Origin: Octopus bimaculoides
Taxonomy: Eukaryota
Assembly: GCF_001194135.2 (NCBI RefSeq)
Contig: NC_068984.1
Span: 24,511,671 to 24,575,670 of the forward strand
Reading direction: 5' to 3'
DNA: 64,000 bases
Positions 37,478 through 49,385 of the stretch are shown in pieces (the stretch's first letter is position 1; every line of letters begins with the position of its first letter). Under the pieces are notes generated by a model. That model worked only from the letters and a program-made list of their open reading frames with translations, was not told the origin of the DNA and searched no databases. The position numbers were made by a program, and so were the translations under genes.

Positions 37478-37564
37478 GTTGTTGAAGAAACCAAACAGAT
37501 GATTGCAAAGAATCCAGACCAACATGTGATTATTCATCAGTTTAAACCTGGTTCTAATGCAAAA
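37478..37564 (+). CDS. AARS1: AARS1 coding exon 20
   Basis: VVEETKQMIAKNPDQHVIIHQFKPGSNAK; 87 nt. Confidence 0.94.
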
Positions 37565-38048
37565 GTGAGATATTGATACTTATTTTATTTTTTTTTGTTC
37601 ATATATACACATATAAATAAAAGAAATTTCACTATTTTTACACAATTACTGGTTCATATCTAAATATATAGATAGTCATTAGCCCACCTATTCTACATGC
37701 ATGCAACCACATGCATGGTTGCTCAGTCTGCTTGAAATAGCAGTCAAGTTTTATGCAACTCACATTGTTCACATCTTGAAAAAGGAAGGACACATTGAAC
37801 ATTGTTGTCAAAAATACACAAAATGTCAAGATAGTTATAGCTGGAACTTATTTTGATCATAGGTTTGCCTGATCAGGGCTGACCTGGGGCTAAACAACAA
37901 AAACAGCAGCAAACAACAGGAATCCACTTTATAAACAACTGGTCCATGGACAACAGAATCTCCAAATGTCAGTACTTAATTTTGGATTCTGTCATATTCA
38001 AAAGCCAAGAGATAAATCTATGTGTTTATAAGATGCTAGTGTATCACA

Positions 38049-38436
38049 GTGGAGGCGCAATGGCCCAGTAATTAGGGCAGCGGACTCGCGGTCATAGGAT
38101 CGTGGTTTCGATTCCCAGACCGGGCGTTGTGAGTGTTTATTGAGCGAAAACACCTAAAACTCCACGAGACTCCGGCAGGGGATGGTGGCGAACCCTGCTG
38201 TACTCTTTCACCACAACTTTCTCTCACTCTTACTTCCTGTTTCTGTTATGCCTGTAATTCAAAGGGTCAGCCTTGTCACACTGTGTCATGCTGAATACCC
38301 TCGAGAACTATGTTAAGGGTACACGTGTCTGTGGAGTGCTCAGCCACTTGCACGTTAATTTCATGAGCAGGCTGTTCTGTTGATCGGATCAACTGGAACC
38401 CTCGACGTCGTAAGCGACGGAGTGCCAACAACAACA
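38049..38436 (+). mobile_element. tRNA-derived SINE with (CAA)n tail and 11-bp TSD (family B)
   Basis: Box A-like TGGCCCAGTAATT, box B GGTTTCGATTCC; TSD AGTGTATCACA at 38038-38048 and 38437-38447. Confidence 0.92.
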
Positions 38437-38891
38437 AGTGTATCACAAATGGTATTCTCTGATGGTATTGTACTTACATGAAAGCATGAGGTTTAGTGGT
38501 TAAAGTGTTGCACTCAACATTGCAAGGTCTTGATTTTGATTCCTGGATCAGGTGGTTCTTCAGCAAAGCACTTCATTTCACATTGTTCCAGTCCATTCTG
38601 CTATAAACAAGTATCCCTGTGATGTCCAGGGGTTGATGGTGATTATACAGGATTAAAATGTCCTAACCAGAGATGCAACAAAAAAGCCAAGGCTGTAAAT
38701 GAACTTAATAGCCATGAAATGGTTGTTTAAAACTGGACCTACTTGGCCAGCTCTTGCACACATTAATATAAACTTCCTCAGTTGTAAAGTCGATTTACAT
38801 GCAGACACAAGTCTAGATTACTTGACAGTGATACAGTTTAGTTTCTTCAAATCTTCAGTTCAGTTCTATTTATTCTTTATATTCTCTTCAG

Positions 38892-38999
38892 GCATTGGAT
38901 TCTGCTGTAAAACAATACAAGTCTCTGAGTCCGCAAACTGCAGTCTTATTTTTTGCTGTTGATGCTGGAAAATTATTGTGTATGAGTTATGTTCCTAAG
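38892..38999 (+). CDS. AARS1: AARS1 coding exon 21
   Basis: ALDSAVKQYKSLSPQTAVLFFAVDAGKLLCMSYVPK; 108 nt. Confidence 0.95.
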
Positions 39000-39116
39000 G
39001 TGCGTATCTGTTTTATTATTATTTAAAGCTATTATATGCTATATTAGATAGCAGAGATGTTGTTTTAAGGTTTTGTCGCAACAAGTCTCCTCAAATGTTG
39101 AGAATCTTTCTTATGA

Positions 39117-39350
39117 TTCTTATTTATGTATTGCCCACAAGGGGCTTATAGAGGGGACAAACAAGGAAAGACAAAGGAATTAAGTCAATTACATCGACCC
39201 CAGTGCGTAACTGGTACTTAATTTATCAACCCCGATTGGATGAAAGGCAAAGTCGACGTCGGCGGAATTTGAACTCAGAACGTAAAGACAGACGAAATAC
39301 CGCTAAGCATTTCACCCGGTGTGCTAACGTTTCTGCCAGTTCGCCGCCTT
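39117..39350 (-). mobile_element. tRNA-derived SINE, family C (octopus OR-type), full length
   Basis: Reverse complement of 45896-46131; contains GTCGACTTTGCCTTTCATCC central block. Name recalled, not searched. Confidence 0.8.
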
Positions 39351-40057
39351 TCTTAGGTTTCTTGCAGAATGCAGGATTGAACTTTTCTGCAGGTTGACAA
39401 TGTCAGTCTCAATTCCAAAATCCTCTGCCACTTAGGTAGCAGTTTGAGTGATATGCCAAGAGAACCAGTTGCCACAAGAATAATTGTAATCTTAGTCTTT
39501 CTCAATCTCTTAATTTCTGTCAGGCTAGAATCTGATATTTCTCAATTTCTTTGGTATTCACTCTATTATCATATTGTATTGCAAAGTCTGTGATCTAACA
39601 CTATTTATTTTTTTGTCCTCTACAATCATATATCTGATTATCTTGCTTCAATAATATGGTCAGGAGAAATCCCATCAAAATCCAGTAATTACTATTCTCT
39701 ATCACAGCCTCTGGTTTGTGTTCATACCACTTTTCTGCTTCTTTGAATGCACACACTCGGCTAACATCCCAATACCTATACAGTCATACTTAGGCTTATA
39801 CTCTTTTAATGCATTCACTTAAAACATGGTTGATACTTTCTGTCTCCTTCCCTGCAGATTCTGCATTTGCAGAAGGGATGAATTTGTTATCTTTCAGCTT
39901 TATTTTATTTGACATCAGATAATTTACTCAAAGCAGGCTGTAGTTGGATAGACATATTGAGTTTGTTTTGTATGAAGTAAAACTTTTCTTTTCACTCTTC
40001 TTTATTCATGTGATCACATATTCCGCCAACATCTAAACTTATGAAGACAGTTATGAG

Positions 40058-40266
40058 TGCTAGGCTGTTGGTGACATGATCTCATCTTAACTGCTAAATT
40101 TTTGATGATACAGTTCTACCTGTAACTGTTAAGTTGTTAATGATGAAGTCCCTTCTGCATCTTCTAAACTGTTGGTAATACAGATCCAGATCTGATTGCT
40201 AAGCTGCTGGTAGTGCAATCCTAATCATGACTGCTAAGCTGTTGGCAACACAGTTTTATAACTGTT
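40058..40266. repeat. Degenerate 34-35 bp tandem array, 6 units
   Basis: TGCTAAGCTGTTGG-like cores at 40058, 40092, 40127, 40162, 40197 and 40232. Confidence 0.75.
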
Positions 40267-40334
40267 GACTGCAACAATTTCCGAATTTCTTTTTTTAAAA
40301 ATTTATTGATTCATTACTGTTTTCTTCAATACAG

Positions 40335-40505
40335 GAACTTACTAAAACACTGAAAGCAAATGAATGGATTGGCTCAGTGACGGAATGCATCAATGGCAAA
40401 GGTGGAGGTAAAGATGTATCTGCACAAGCTACAGGGACCAATGTTCATGCTGTAGAAGAAGCTATGAAGTTGGCTCAGCAGTTTGCTGATCTCAAGTTAT
40501 CTTGA
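40335..40505 (+). CDS. AARS1: AARS1 coding exon 22 (C-Ala end, stop)
   Basis: [29 protein letters not shown]...DLKLS*; TGA at 40503-40505. Confidence 0.98.
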   Translation, partial: ELTKTLKANEWIGSVTECINGKGGGKDVSAQATGTNVHAVEEAMKLAQQFADLKLS

Positions 40506-40544
40506 TTTTTAAGTATTCTTGCTATTATATTCTATGCTGATTTC

Positions 40545-40621
40545 AATAAAATATTGCCTCTTATCAAAATATAAGCTATATGAAATTACTTGATAAATTT
40601 GTATATTAATTCTGAAATAAA
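40545..40621 (+). terminator. Candidate AARS polyadenylation signals
   Basis: AATAAA at 40545-40550 and 40616-40621, followed by T-rich sequence. Confidence 0.6.
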
Positions 40622-40667
40622 AACATTTTTCTCTTCTGAATACAAATTGATTAATACTTTTTGTGAT

Positions 40668-40805
40668 ATCATTATCACGTTTAACCTCTGCTTTTCATGC
40701 TGTCATGGGTTGGACGGTTTGACTGAGGGTTGGCGAGCCAGAAGGCTGCACAAGGCTCCAATCTGATCTGGCAAAGTTTCTACAACTAGATGCCCTTCCT
40801 AACAC
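40668..40805 (-). mobile_element. RTE LINE 3' end between the two convergent genes
   Basis: Tail family in reverse. Confidence 0.75.
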
Positions 40806-41032
40806 CTTTCTGGGGTGATTTTTTTGGTGGTGGTGAAAGTGTGTAGCTCATAAGCCATCAAATATGCTTAGTAGTAGCAAATTGGAATAATACAGAAAAG
40901 ACTAATACATAGTAATTTGTTAATTAATGAAAGACAAGTTTTACATAGGCATGCATTAATATAAAAATCACGAAGATAGATATTTTAAACTCTAATTAAA
41001 TATAAAAAAAAGATGTACAATTCCAATGTAAG

Positions 41033-41057
41033 TTTATTTGATATTTAGGTATTTATT
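41033..41057 (-). terminator. Candidate arylsulfatase polyadenylation signals
   Basis: AATAAA on minus at 41057-41052 and 41038-41033. Confidence 0.5.
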
Positions 41058-41342
41058 CAATCGGTGTGTATGATTTACAAGAATAAAAATATGATAAAAT
41101 TCAGCAAAAAGTGAACAAGTAGAATTCAGTATGCAATCCAATCATGAAAAGAAAAAAAAGTCATGATAGACAACTATAATGATTGATGATTTTAAATATT
41201 CCATTTTTTGTTAGTATTAAAGTAAGTTTCTTCCCTTCCACTCACCATATATTGTTTATAACCAATTAATGCAATTAGAATTTGAATAAATTCTAATTCC
41301 CACACACAATTGAAAAAAACTGATAGTTCAGATTTGATTATT

Positions 41343-42039
41343 TTATTTTAACCATGGGGTCCAGATACCATTGTGATGTATTGGAAAACCAGCTGGATCC
41401 TGAGGCTTGTTTCCAGGTGGCACCATGGTTGCTTCATATTTTAAAAGCCTCTTCATTAGATATTTCAAAATCTCTGGGTTTTGGTCAGCTACGTTGTGGT
41501 ATTCACAAGGGTCAGAAGCAATGTTAAAAAGACATGGTTTTTTGAAATCATCACAATTATGGAATGCATCTGGAGGTTTTGGTCCCCCACAATTTACTCT
41601 TACTGTTTTTGGATGGGTTATCATTTTGACTGGGAAATCATTATCTTGAGAAAACCAGTCATCAAATTCATTTGATAAATATCTCTCACTTTCATTGTAT
41701 GGTGGATACCAATTACCTCGAGAGGCAACATGGCCAATCAAAAGCTTGTAGTTATTGACTCTTATGGCTGCAAATTTTCTTATTGGATCAATGTTATGCA
41801 GAATTTCTGTTCTTACACTCTTTCCATTATTTGAAAGCATACTCCATAGATCATAACCATCGAGGTTTTTCATCCGAGGCTCCTCATCAGGATTTCCTCC
41901 AGCTGCACTGTATAGTGTTGGAAGCCAGTCACACACATGTACCATCTGTTCACTGATATAACCGTTCTTCTTTAACAATGGGCTGTGAAGAAATCCAACT
42001 CCACGGACACCACCTTCCCACAAAGTATTTTTCATTCCT
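41343..42039 (-). CDS. Arylsulfatase B/I/J-like, terminal exon
   Basis: GMKNTLWEGGVRGVGF...HVCDWLPTL...CLFNIASDPCEYHNVA...WTPWLK*; TTGCAG acceptor; 697 nt. Orthology within ARSB/I/J is unresolved. Confidence 0.96.
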
Positions 42040-43665
42040 CTGCAATGGGCAAGAAATATTTATAATTTAGTCTTTGATTTGGCCTAGAGAAAGAGGAAGA
42101 ACATGGACTAACATATTACAATGGTTATCATATAACTATGTTCAAAGATCAAATCCTGCTGGGACCAACTATTCTCTTGTTCTCTGTAACATACTGGGAG
42201 TAATTCAATTGATCATCATCATTTTAACATCTTATTTTCCATGCTTACATGAGTTAGACAGAGTTTATTGAGGCAGATTTTCTACAACCAGCTGCTCTTC
42301 TTGTCACCGATCCTTACCTGTTTCCAAACAAAGTGATATTTTCTCATGACCAGACATGTTTTTGGAGAATATTGACAATGAATGACTCTGATCCTCATTA
42401 ACAACTGATGTCAAGACTAGAAGATACAAAATGCTCACACTCGCCTACACACACATATATGATGATAATAGCTGTCCACTCATGATGGAAGAAGACAATC
42501 ACTGATCATTGCCCATGCATGTGGATATTGCATCTGCAGTCAATTTCACTTGGGTTCATACAAGCCGCTTCTATGCTCATCATAGTGCCCACCTACTTGG
42601 CCAGGCATCAGAAAGTCACTCGACTGGAAATTGCACAGCCTAAAATATTCTTTTCTACTCTGGGCACAAAGCCCGAAATTTTTTGAGAGGGGCCAGTTGA
42701 TTAGATCGACCCCAATACACAACTGGTACTTAATTTATTGGCCCTGAAAGGATGAAAGGCAAAGTCTACTTCAGTGGAATTTGAACTCAGAATGTAATGA
42801 CAGACCAAATACCACTAAGCATTTTGCCCAAAGTTGCTAACGATTCTGCCAGCTCGTTGCCTTTGCACAACCTAAGATATTAGGTCCATTGTGGTTTGCA
42901 TGGCACTTCACCTCACAAAATCCAGAGGCAAGATATCCAGTGTCAATATGGGTTGCAGGTTCAGGAATGTGGAAGTGCCATGATCTCAAGCACAAGCAAA
43001 AGATTTCCAAAATATCCAATGCCATTCCTTGCACAAACACAATGGGCTTCTTTCAGTTTCCATCTACTAAATCCACTCACAAAACAGTGATTGGCCTGGG
43101 ACTGTAGTAAAGACACCTGTCCCTGGTCCAATACAGTAGGACTGAACCTAAGACCATGTGGTTGAGAATAAAACCTTTTATTCAGACAGCCGTGCTGTAG
43201 CTTATTAATTAGTCTGTGTGTAACAAATCCTCATTTATACTTTTGCATCATTAACAATTGATTTTTTGCAATTGGCTGCAGCATAATGTTACCACTAACA
43301 ACTTCTGGAACCGAGACTATATATTATTTTTAGAAGACATCTGATTTTGGTAAGATCTCATAAGGAATAACTGAAAGATAGACATGGCATTTCTCGAGCC
43401 ATTCTATTTGAAAAAGTTTGGTTGTGGCAATATTAGAAGGAATTCATCAATCTACTTGAAGGCTGAATTGATACCAATAAGTTTCCATAATACCACGACT
43501 TAGTTACTGGCACATCACACAAATGTGTGTGATGTTCAGTCATTGGACTATCAATCTCCTTTGCCAAATTGCTAAGTTACAGGGATGTAAACAAACCAGC
43601 ACTGGCTGTCAAGTGGTGTGGGAGGGAGACATAAACACAAAGACACCCATATACACATGCATACA

Positions 43666-43850
43666 TCATCATCATCATCATCATTTAACGTCTGTTGTTC
43701 ATGCTGGCATGGGTTGGACAGTTTGACCAGAGCTAGCAACCTGGAGAGCTGCACCAGACTCCAACCTGATTTGGCATGGTTTCTACAGCTGGATGCCCTT
43801 TCTAATGCCACCACTTTACAGAGTGCACTGGATGCTTTTATGTCAAGTCA
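43666..43850 (-). mobile_element. RTE LINE 3' end
   Basis: (CAT)n plus tail family. Confidence 0.8.
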
Positions 43851-44521
43851 GCACAGGACTCTTGCAGGCAAATCTTCTTCACCAGTGGGGAGAGACCTTA
43901 AAACCTCTACTGTGGGGTATGGGTCTTCTTGTAAATTTTTCTTTCTCTATGTGCTTATACACAAATAATATTTTCATTTAATATACAAAAATACATTTTT
44001 GTATATTAAAGGAAAACATGAACAAAGAAGCTTTTATATGAACAATCATCCTACAAGAAATAGCACCTAAATCACTATCATATCACATCCGACATCTTAA
44101 ATAAAGAAGGATGCATTTAATAATGTAGTCCGCATGGCTGGTCATGAAGAGAACGTGCTTAATTGTAGATTTCAGCAACAGCAACCAATACAAGTTTGTA
44201 GATAGAGTTTACATTTGGGTTAACTACCCCATTCTGATTCATAAAGCTCCACTGTGCCCAGTGTTCAACTCTACCTCCTAAATTGCTAAATGAATGAGAC
44301 AAGTTTCTCCACCATTTGGTTTATCTCAGGTGCTTTGACTGAAAAAATTGAACTCAGCATTGTAAGCCAATGAAGCACTCAGTGACGTCATCTCTTGTAC
44401 GTACAACAGCAAGAAGATCAGCCCAGCCTAGCCCAACCCAACCCTGCCCAGTCTAGACTAGTTTAGCCCATTTCCTTACTTCTTAGAGCACAACACTCTT
44501 GTCACATAAAACATTTTTTAC

Positions 44522-44734
44522 TTAACCCTTTTGATACCAGCCTGGTTGAAACTGCTTCTGGCTCTGTAGTATAAATGTTTTGTTTTCAAAAGTTCTGAAT
44601 TAAAATCTTCCACCAAACCTTAGTCACAATTTATGTTTCTAATACTAAGTTATTTTACTAAATTCTTTCTTATATTTAGAATTAATTGAAAGAAACAGAG
44701 CATCTTAACAGAAATATGGTAACAAAAGGGTTAA
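44522..44734. mobile_element. piggyBac-type MITE, family 2
   Basis: TTAA-CCCTTTTGATACC...GGTAACAAAAGGG-TTAA. Confidence 0.85.
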
Positions 44735-45118
44735 TAAGCAAGTCTCAATTAGTTTTACAGCCTACCAGAAATAGAAGAGAAATTTCTCTCAAATCACAAG
44801 ATACCATCTTAAAAAGAAATGGAAACATTGGATAATGTATTCCAGGCTACACAATGCCAGAATCAAAAGACATGATAGTCATAGATTTGTGTATTTGTTC
44901 TCCTCTCCTGCTTGACAACTGGTGTTGGTTTGTTTACCCCATCATATCTTATTTGTTCAGCAAAAGAGACTGATAGAACAAGTACCAGGCTTTAAAGAAA
45001 TAAGTACTGGAGTCAATCTATTCAACTAAAATCCTTCAAGGTGGTGATCCAGCATGGCCACAGTCCAATGACTGAAACAAGTAAAAGATAAAAGACAGAG
45101 ATACCTATTTCAACATAC

Positions 45119-45272
45119 CGTAAAGGCCAGTTAGATGCTGCATTTTCATTATAGCCATTTGCTGGTCCACCATTGTCTGTAGAGAACAGGATGATAGAAT
45201 TGTCGTACATACCAGAAGACTTCAATGCATTGACCACTTCACCGACTCCATCATCTAAAGCTGCCACCATTC
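45119..45272 (-). CDS. Arylsulfatase-like exon
   Basis: MVAALDDGVGEVVNAL...IILFSTDNGG...SNWPLR; 154 nt; phases 1/2. Confidence 0.96.
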
Positions 45273-45895
45273 CTACAAAATTAAATGGTAATTTACATAG
45301 AATATATCTAAAAACAAATTTGATGATTTTGCTGGTCTCTGTGGTGAACTCTACTCATGCATGCATTTAGTAGGAAAATGGCTAATTACATAAAATATTT
45401 AACAAGTTTAACCTCTAAAATTTAGGACAAAACATGTGATACATGCTGTTCATATGATTTAACCTTAAATGAGTAAATCTATGATCAAAGACATTCCAGC
45501 CATGAGCATCCCATCCTTCTACATAATTTAGAACTAGATTGTCCAATGTGTCTTTTGTTTGTTTTTTTTAACAATGTAAGGTGAAATTTGAAGGATAGTT
45601 GGCTGCTATTTCTAAGAGTCAAACCGTCTTGTAGAGGTTCTCTTGTGAGCTTCTTGAGATCTCTTTTAAATATGGTGGTGAATTGAAAGAAACTTCATTA
45701 TTACATTGAGAACCGTTTAAGAATACATTGGAATAATATTGTCCAAGATACACCATGTCAACATGAGATGAGATGATGGCTACAACTGGTATATTTTTGG
45801 TCATAGGTCTACTCCTTCAGAGCTGATCTGGAGCTAAAAAAACACCGGAGGCACCACAGTATTACACACATGCTTGTTATGCATAAGGTATTATT

Positions 45896-46131
45896 AAGGC
45901 AGCGAACTGGCAGAAACGTTAGCACACCGGACGAAATGCTTAGCGGTATTTCGTCTGCCGTTAAGTTCTGAGTTCAAATTCCACCGAGGTCGACTTTGCT
46001 TTTCATCCTTTCGGGGTCGATAAATTAAGTACCAGTTACGCTTACGCACTGGGGTCGATGTAATCGACTTAATTCCTTTGTCTGTCTTTGTTTGTCCCCT
46101 CTATGTTTAGCCCCTTGTGGGCAATAAAGAA
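45896..46131 (+). mobile_element. tRNA-derived SINE, family C, with 10-bp TSD
   Basis: TSD ATAAGGTATT at 45883-45892 and 46132-46141; other copies near 110-510, 3790, 4130, 35325, 42655 and 63050-63605. Confidence 0.88.
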
Positions 46132-46352
46132 ATAAGGTATTTTAACTAAATATTTTAACATTCAGGACACCAGGAAAGGGTCAAGTCCTACATATACACA
46201 GACATATCAAATATATACACATCTCAATATATGTACATATGTAGTGAAACTACCTATCGTCACTAGATACAAAACTACTATCGCCATTACATACAATCTT
46301 CTCATTTAAATATAAATAAATGCGAGCGTAGTAGAGAACCCATTCCTTGTCA

Positions 46353-46500
46353 TCACGTGACTGATTATTATTCGAATCGGCACCTTCTTCGAACCTTTCC
46401 CGCCAGAACGCAAACTGACCAATCACGGCCCCTAATAAGGTCACGTGATAGAGTAAAATTCTGAAGGCATTTGGAGCCCTCTTAACACTATATATAGATC
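46353..46500. promoter_or_regulatory. Intronic CpG-rich promoter-like motif cluster
   Basis: TCACGTGA at 46353 and 46441, TTTCCCGC at 46396, CCAAT at 46419, TATATA near 46490. Confidence 0.55.
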
Positions 46501-48268
46501 AACTCATACCCCACAAATTTGTCTCGGTCCAGTTTCTCTTTGAGAACTGTTCCATGTACCACACGACANNNNNNNNNNNNNNNNNNNNNNNNNNNNNNNN
46601 NNNNNNNNNNNNNNNNNNNNNNNNNNNNNNNNNNNNNNNNNNNNNNNNNNNNNNNNNNNNNNNNNNNNNNNNNNNNNNNNNNNNNNNNNNNNNNNNNNNN
46701 NNNNNNNNNNNNNNNNNNNNNNNNNNNNNNNNNNNNNNNNNNNNNNNNNNNNNNNNNNNNNNNNNNNNNNNNNNNNNNNNNNNNNNNNNNNNNNNNNNNN
46801 NNNNNNNNNNNNNNNNNNNNNNNNNNNNNNNNNNNNNNNNNNNNNNNNNNNNNNNNNNNNNNNNNNNNNNNNNNNNNNNNNNNNNNNNNNNNNNNNNNNN
46901 NNNNNNNNNNNNNNNNNNNNNNNNNNNNNNNNNNNNNNNNNNNNNNNNNNNNNNTCTATCTGCTGTAAACACTCATACACACATGTATCACTCACGTACA
47001 CAATTTTCTTTGTATGATGGCCTGTCTTTGATTATGTTCTTATATGTCGCATTCACACTCACACACAGACATACATCTTTAACGCCATAATAAATATCTC
47101 TGTTATTCCATCTTATACGGTTGTGGTCTTTCATTACTGGTCATCTATGTTATCGTCGCATAACATATTATATATATCATCACCTGATATATTATTGTGT
47201 GTTCGACCGTGTGACGCGTTTAAATAAAAGGAGTCCTCTGTTTTTCCATTCGTCACCATTTCTCCTTTTTGAGTTCGCACGGTCGTCCTTACACATATAT
47301 ATGATTATGCAGAAACACACACACATGTAGGTTCACGATCCAATGCAAGTTATAGATTCAACATACAGATGGTTCCAGATATGGCATTTGCATAAAAGAA
47401 CACAAATGGATTTTAAAGAATCACAACAGCTGTTTCAGCAACAATTTTTTTTATTGATGAATAGATTGATTATTACAATTAGATCATGAAAAAAAATCCA
47501 CTTTCGTCAGGTGAGTTTAAACTTATGTAGGAGAATAAATTCCAATTGACCCGCTTTGTCCAGGTATCATCAAAGTTTATATGTGTGTGTGTGTGTGTGT
47601 ATACATGTGTATGGAAAACCCTACTTTTTTCTGTTGAGGGCTTATATGCCACAATATTAGACTATTTTCCTTAGTCAATGCATGGTGATCACTTATAAGC
47701 TTTAAGCTTATAAATTATTATTATTATTTAGAGAATTATAAAATCCTCACCATTTATCAAATCATTGCAGAAAATGCATATATATATATAGTAAAGATTG
47801 CTTGCCAACATAATGTGGCAGTTCTGGTTAAGATGAATGTTACTGCCATTTAGCCCCAAGAAACATTGTCTCCAGCTGGCTATCGACACACTATCTGCGT
47901 CCTTATATTTTTGAACAAGGGAGTTTAGTGCCCCCACTCAGCTCTAAAGTAATATCTATGTATCAATGGTTTCTGGGTTATTTCCTTTCATCAAAACAGA
48001 ATAACTGCTTGGCTAGAGATGGTGACACTAAACTCTTGTTCAAAATATACACTTTTCAAACTAACACACAGTCACTGATCTCATAAACAGAAAAATTATT
48101 ATTTCTAAATCTCTGAATGAGAAACATTCAGTAACTGTACTCTAGTGTAAAGGTTATTTGCCAACATAATCTGGCAGTCCTGGTTAGGACGAATGTTACT
48201 GTTATTTAGCCACAGGAAAAAAAATATACCTTTACTAAAACTAATGCTAAGATTTTAATCTAACTTAC

Positions 48269-48395
48269 CTGCAAAAAGCTTCCGTTGCTTATTTGAGATA
48301 TTTGGAAATCTTTTTGTATATTTTTCAGGTGCTTCTAAATAAGGTTGAATACTTGAACTGTGTACAGCTTGGTAAGGGAGGTACAAAAAAAGTGG
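48269..48395 (-). CDS. Arylsulfatase-like exon
   Basis: PLFLYLPYQAVHSS...LEAPEKY...QRKLFAG; 127 nt; donor GTAAGT. Confidence 0.95.
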
Positions 48396-48791
48396 CTAAG
48401 TATAAAAATGGGATAAAATGTTGATAATTCTACAGAAAATATAAGGAATCAAAATATTGCAAACAAAAAAAAAAAAGAAAAAAGTTTTATGAAATGGGAT
48501 ACAAAAAGCAACAAAACAATAAAAACAAAAAATGAATACAGACAGTAACATAAGTAAATAAAGAAAAATTAAATGCATATAAGTAAAATAAGGGCCAGTC
48601 AGAAAACAGAACTGTTCAATACTGTTTATGAGTTACACTTTGCTTAGTCATAAAGATGTCAGCATCTTAAAAAGAAGAAATCATAAATAACAATCAGAGG
48701 AAACTAAAAACAAAATGTGGCAGAAACATTATACATTGAAGTTCATGAGTTTGGATAAGTTCATATCTTGTGGAGAAAATGTGCTAACTAA

Positions 48792-48794
<3 letters not shown>

Positions 48795-48846
<52 letters not shown>

Positions 48847-48850
48847 GTGT
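48795..48850. repeat. (GT)n microsatellite
   Basis: Direct reading. Confidence 0.95.
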
Positions 48851-49346
48851 ATGATGCACTCTCCTGTCAAAGATGATGTATGAGCGTTCAGCTATTGCCA
48901 AACAACCTGTACAAATGATTCGTTTATAGTGATTGAATACATGTGCTATATATTAGCTCACTCTCTTTATCAAATTGACACTGCTTGAATAAGTGCACAG
49001 TGTACCATGCTTCAAGTGTTGAAGTAATAGCAGGATAACATGAGATGAAGTATTCTGCTCAACAACTCAATGCACCACTCAGTCTAGGAATTGAAACCAC
49101 AGTCATGACACCCTACCCACTAAGCCATGAGTCCTTATACACACATACACACACACACATATATACTATATTAAATCTCTGAGCGAGATGTAAACAGTAG
49201 CAATACAGAATCATAACATATAATTGCCAACCAAGTGTGGCGTCCAATACAGGACAGTGCTACTGACGTTTATAGCCCCAGGAAGACATCTCTTCCAGCT
49301 GGCTGACAACACACATTCTATGTCCAGACACAAAATGTGTATTATA

Positions 49347-49385
<39 letters not shown>

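Noticed and set aside
38049-38125. tRNA gene
   Set aside because: A/B boxes are present but continue into a SINE body with tail and TSD; no cloverleaf.
40140-40195. C/D-box snoRNA (ATGATGA...CTGA)
   Set aside because: Too short, no convincing terminal stem, and explained by the tandem array.
40058-40266. CRISPR-like look of the 35-bp array (also the 46-bp repeat at 23968)
   Set aside because: Eukaryotic intron, cores too short and degenerate, linkers related to each other, no cas genes.
41407-41675. Plus-strand ORFs of 80 and 64 aa
   Set aside because: Antisense shadows of the sulfatase terminal exon.
39117-46131. Near-identical inverted family-C SINEs as a dsRNA pair
   Set aside because: They would share a transcript only with read-through past the polyA signals of either gene.
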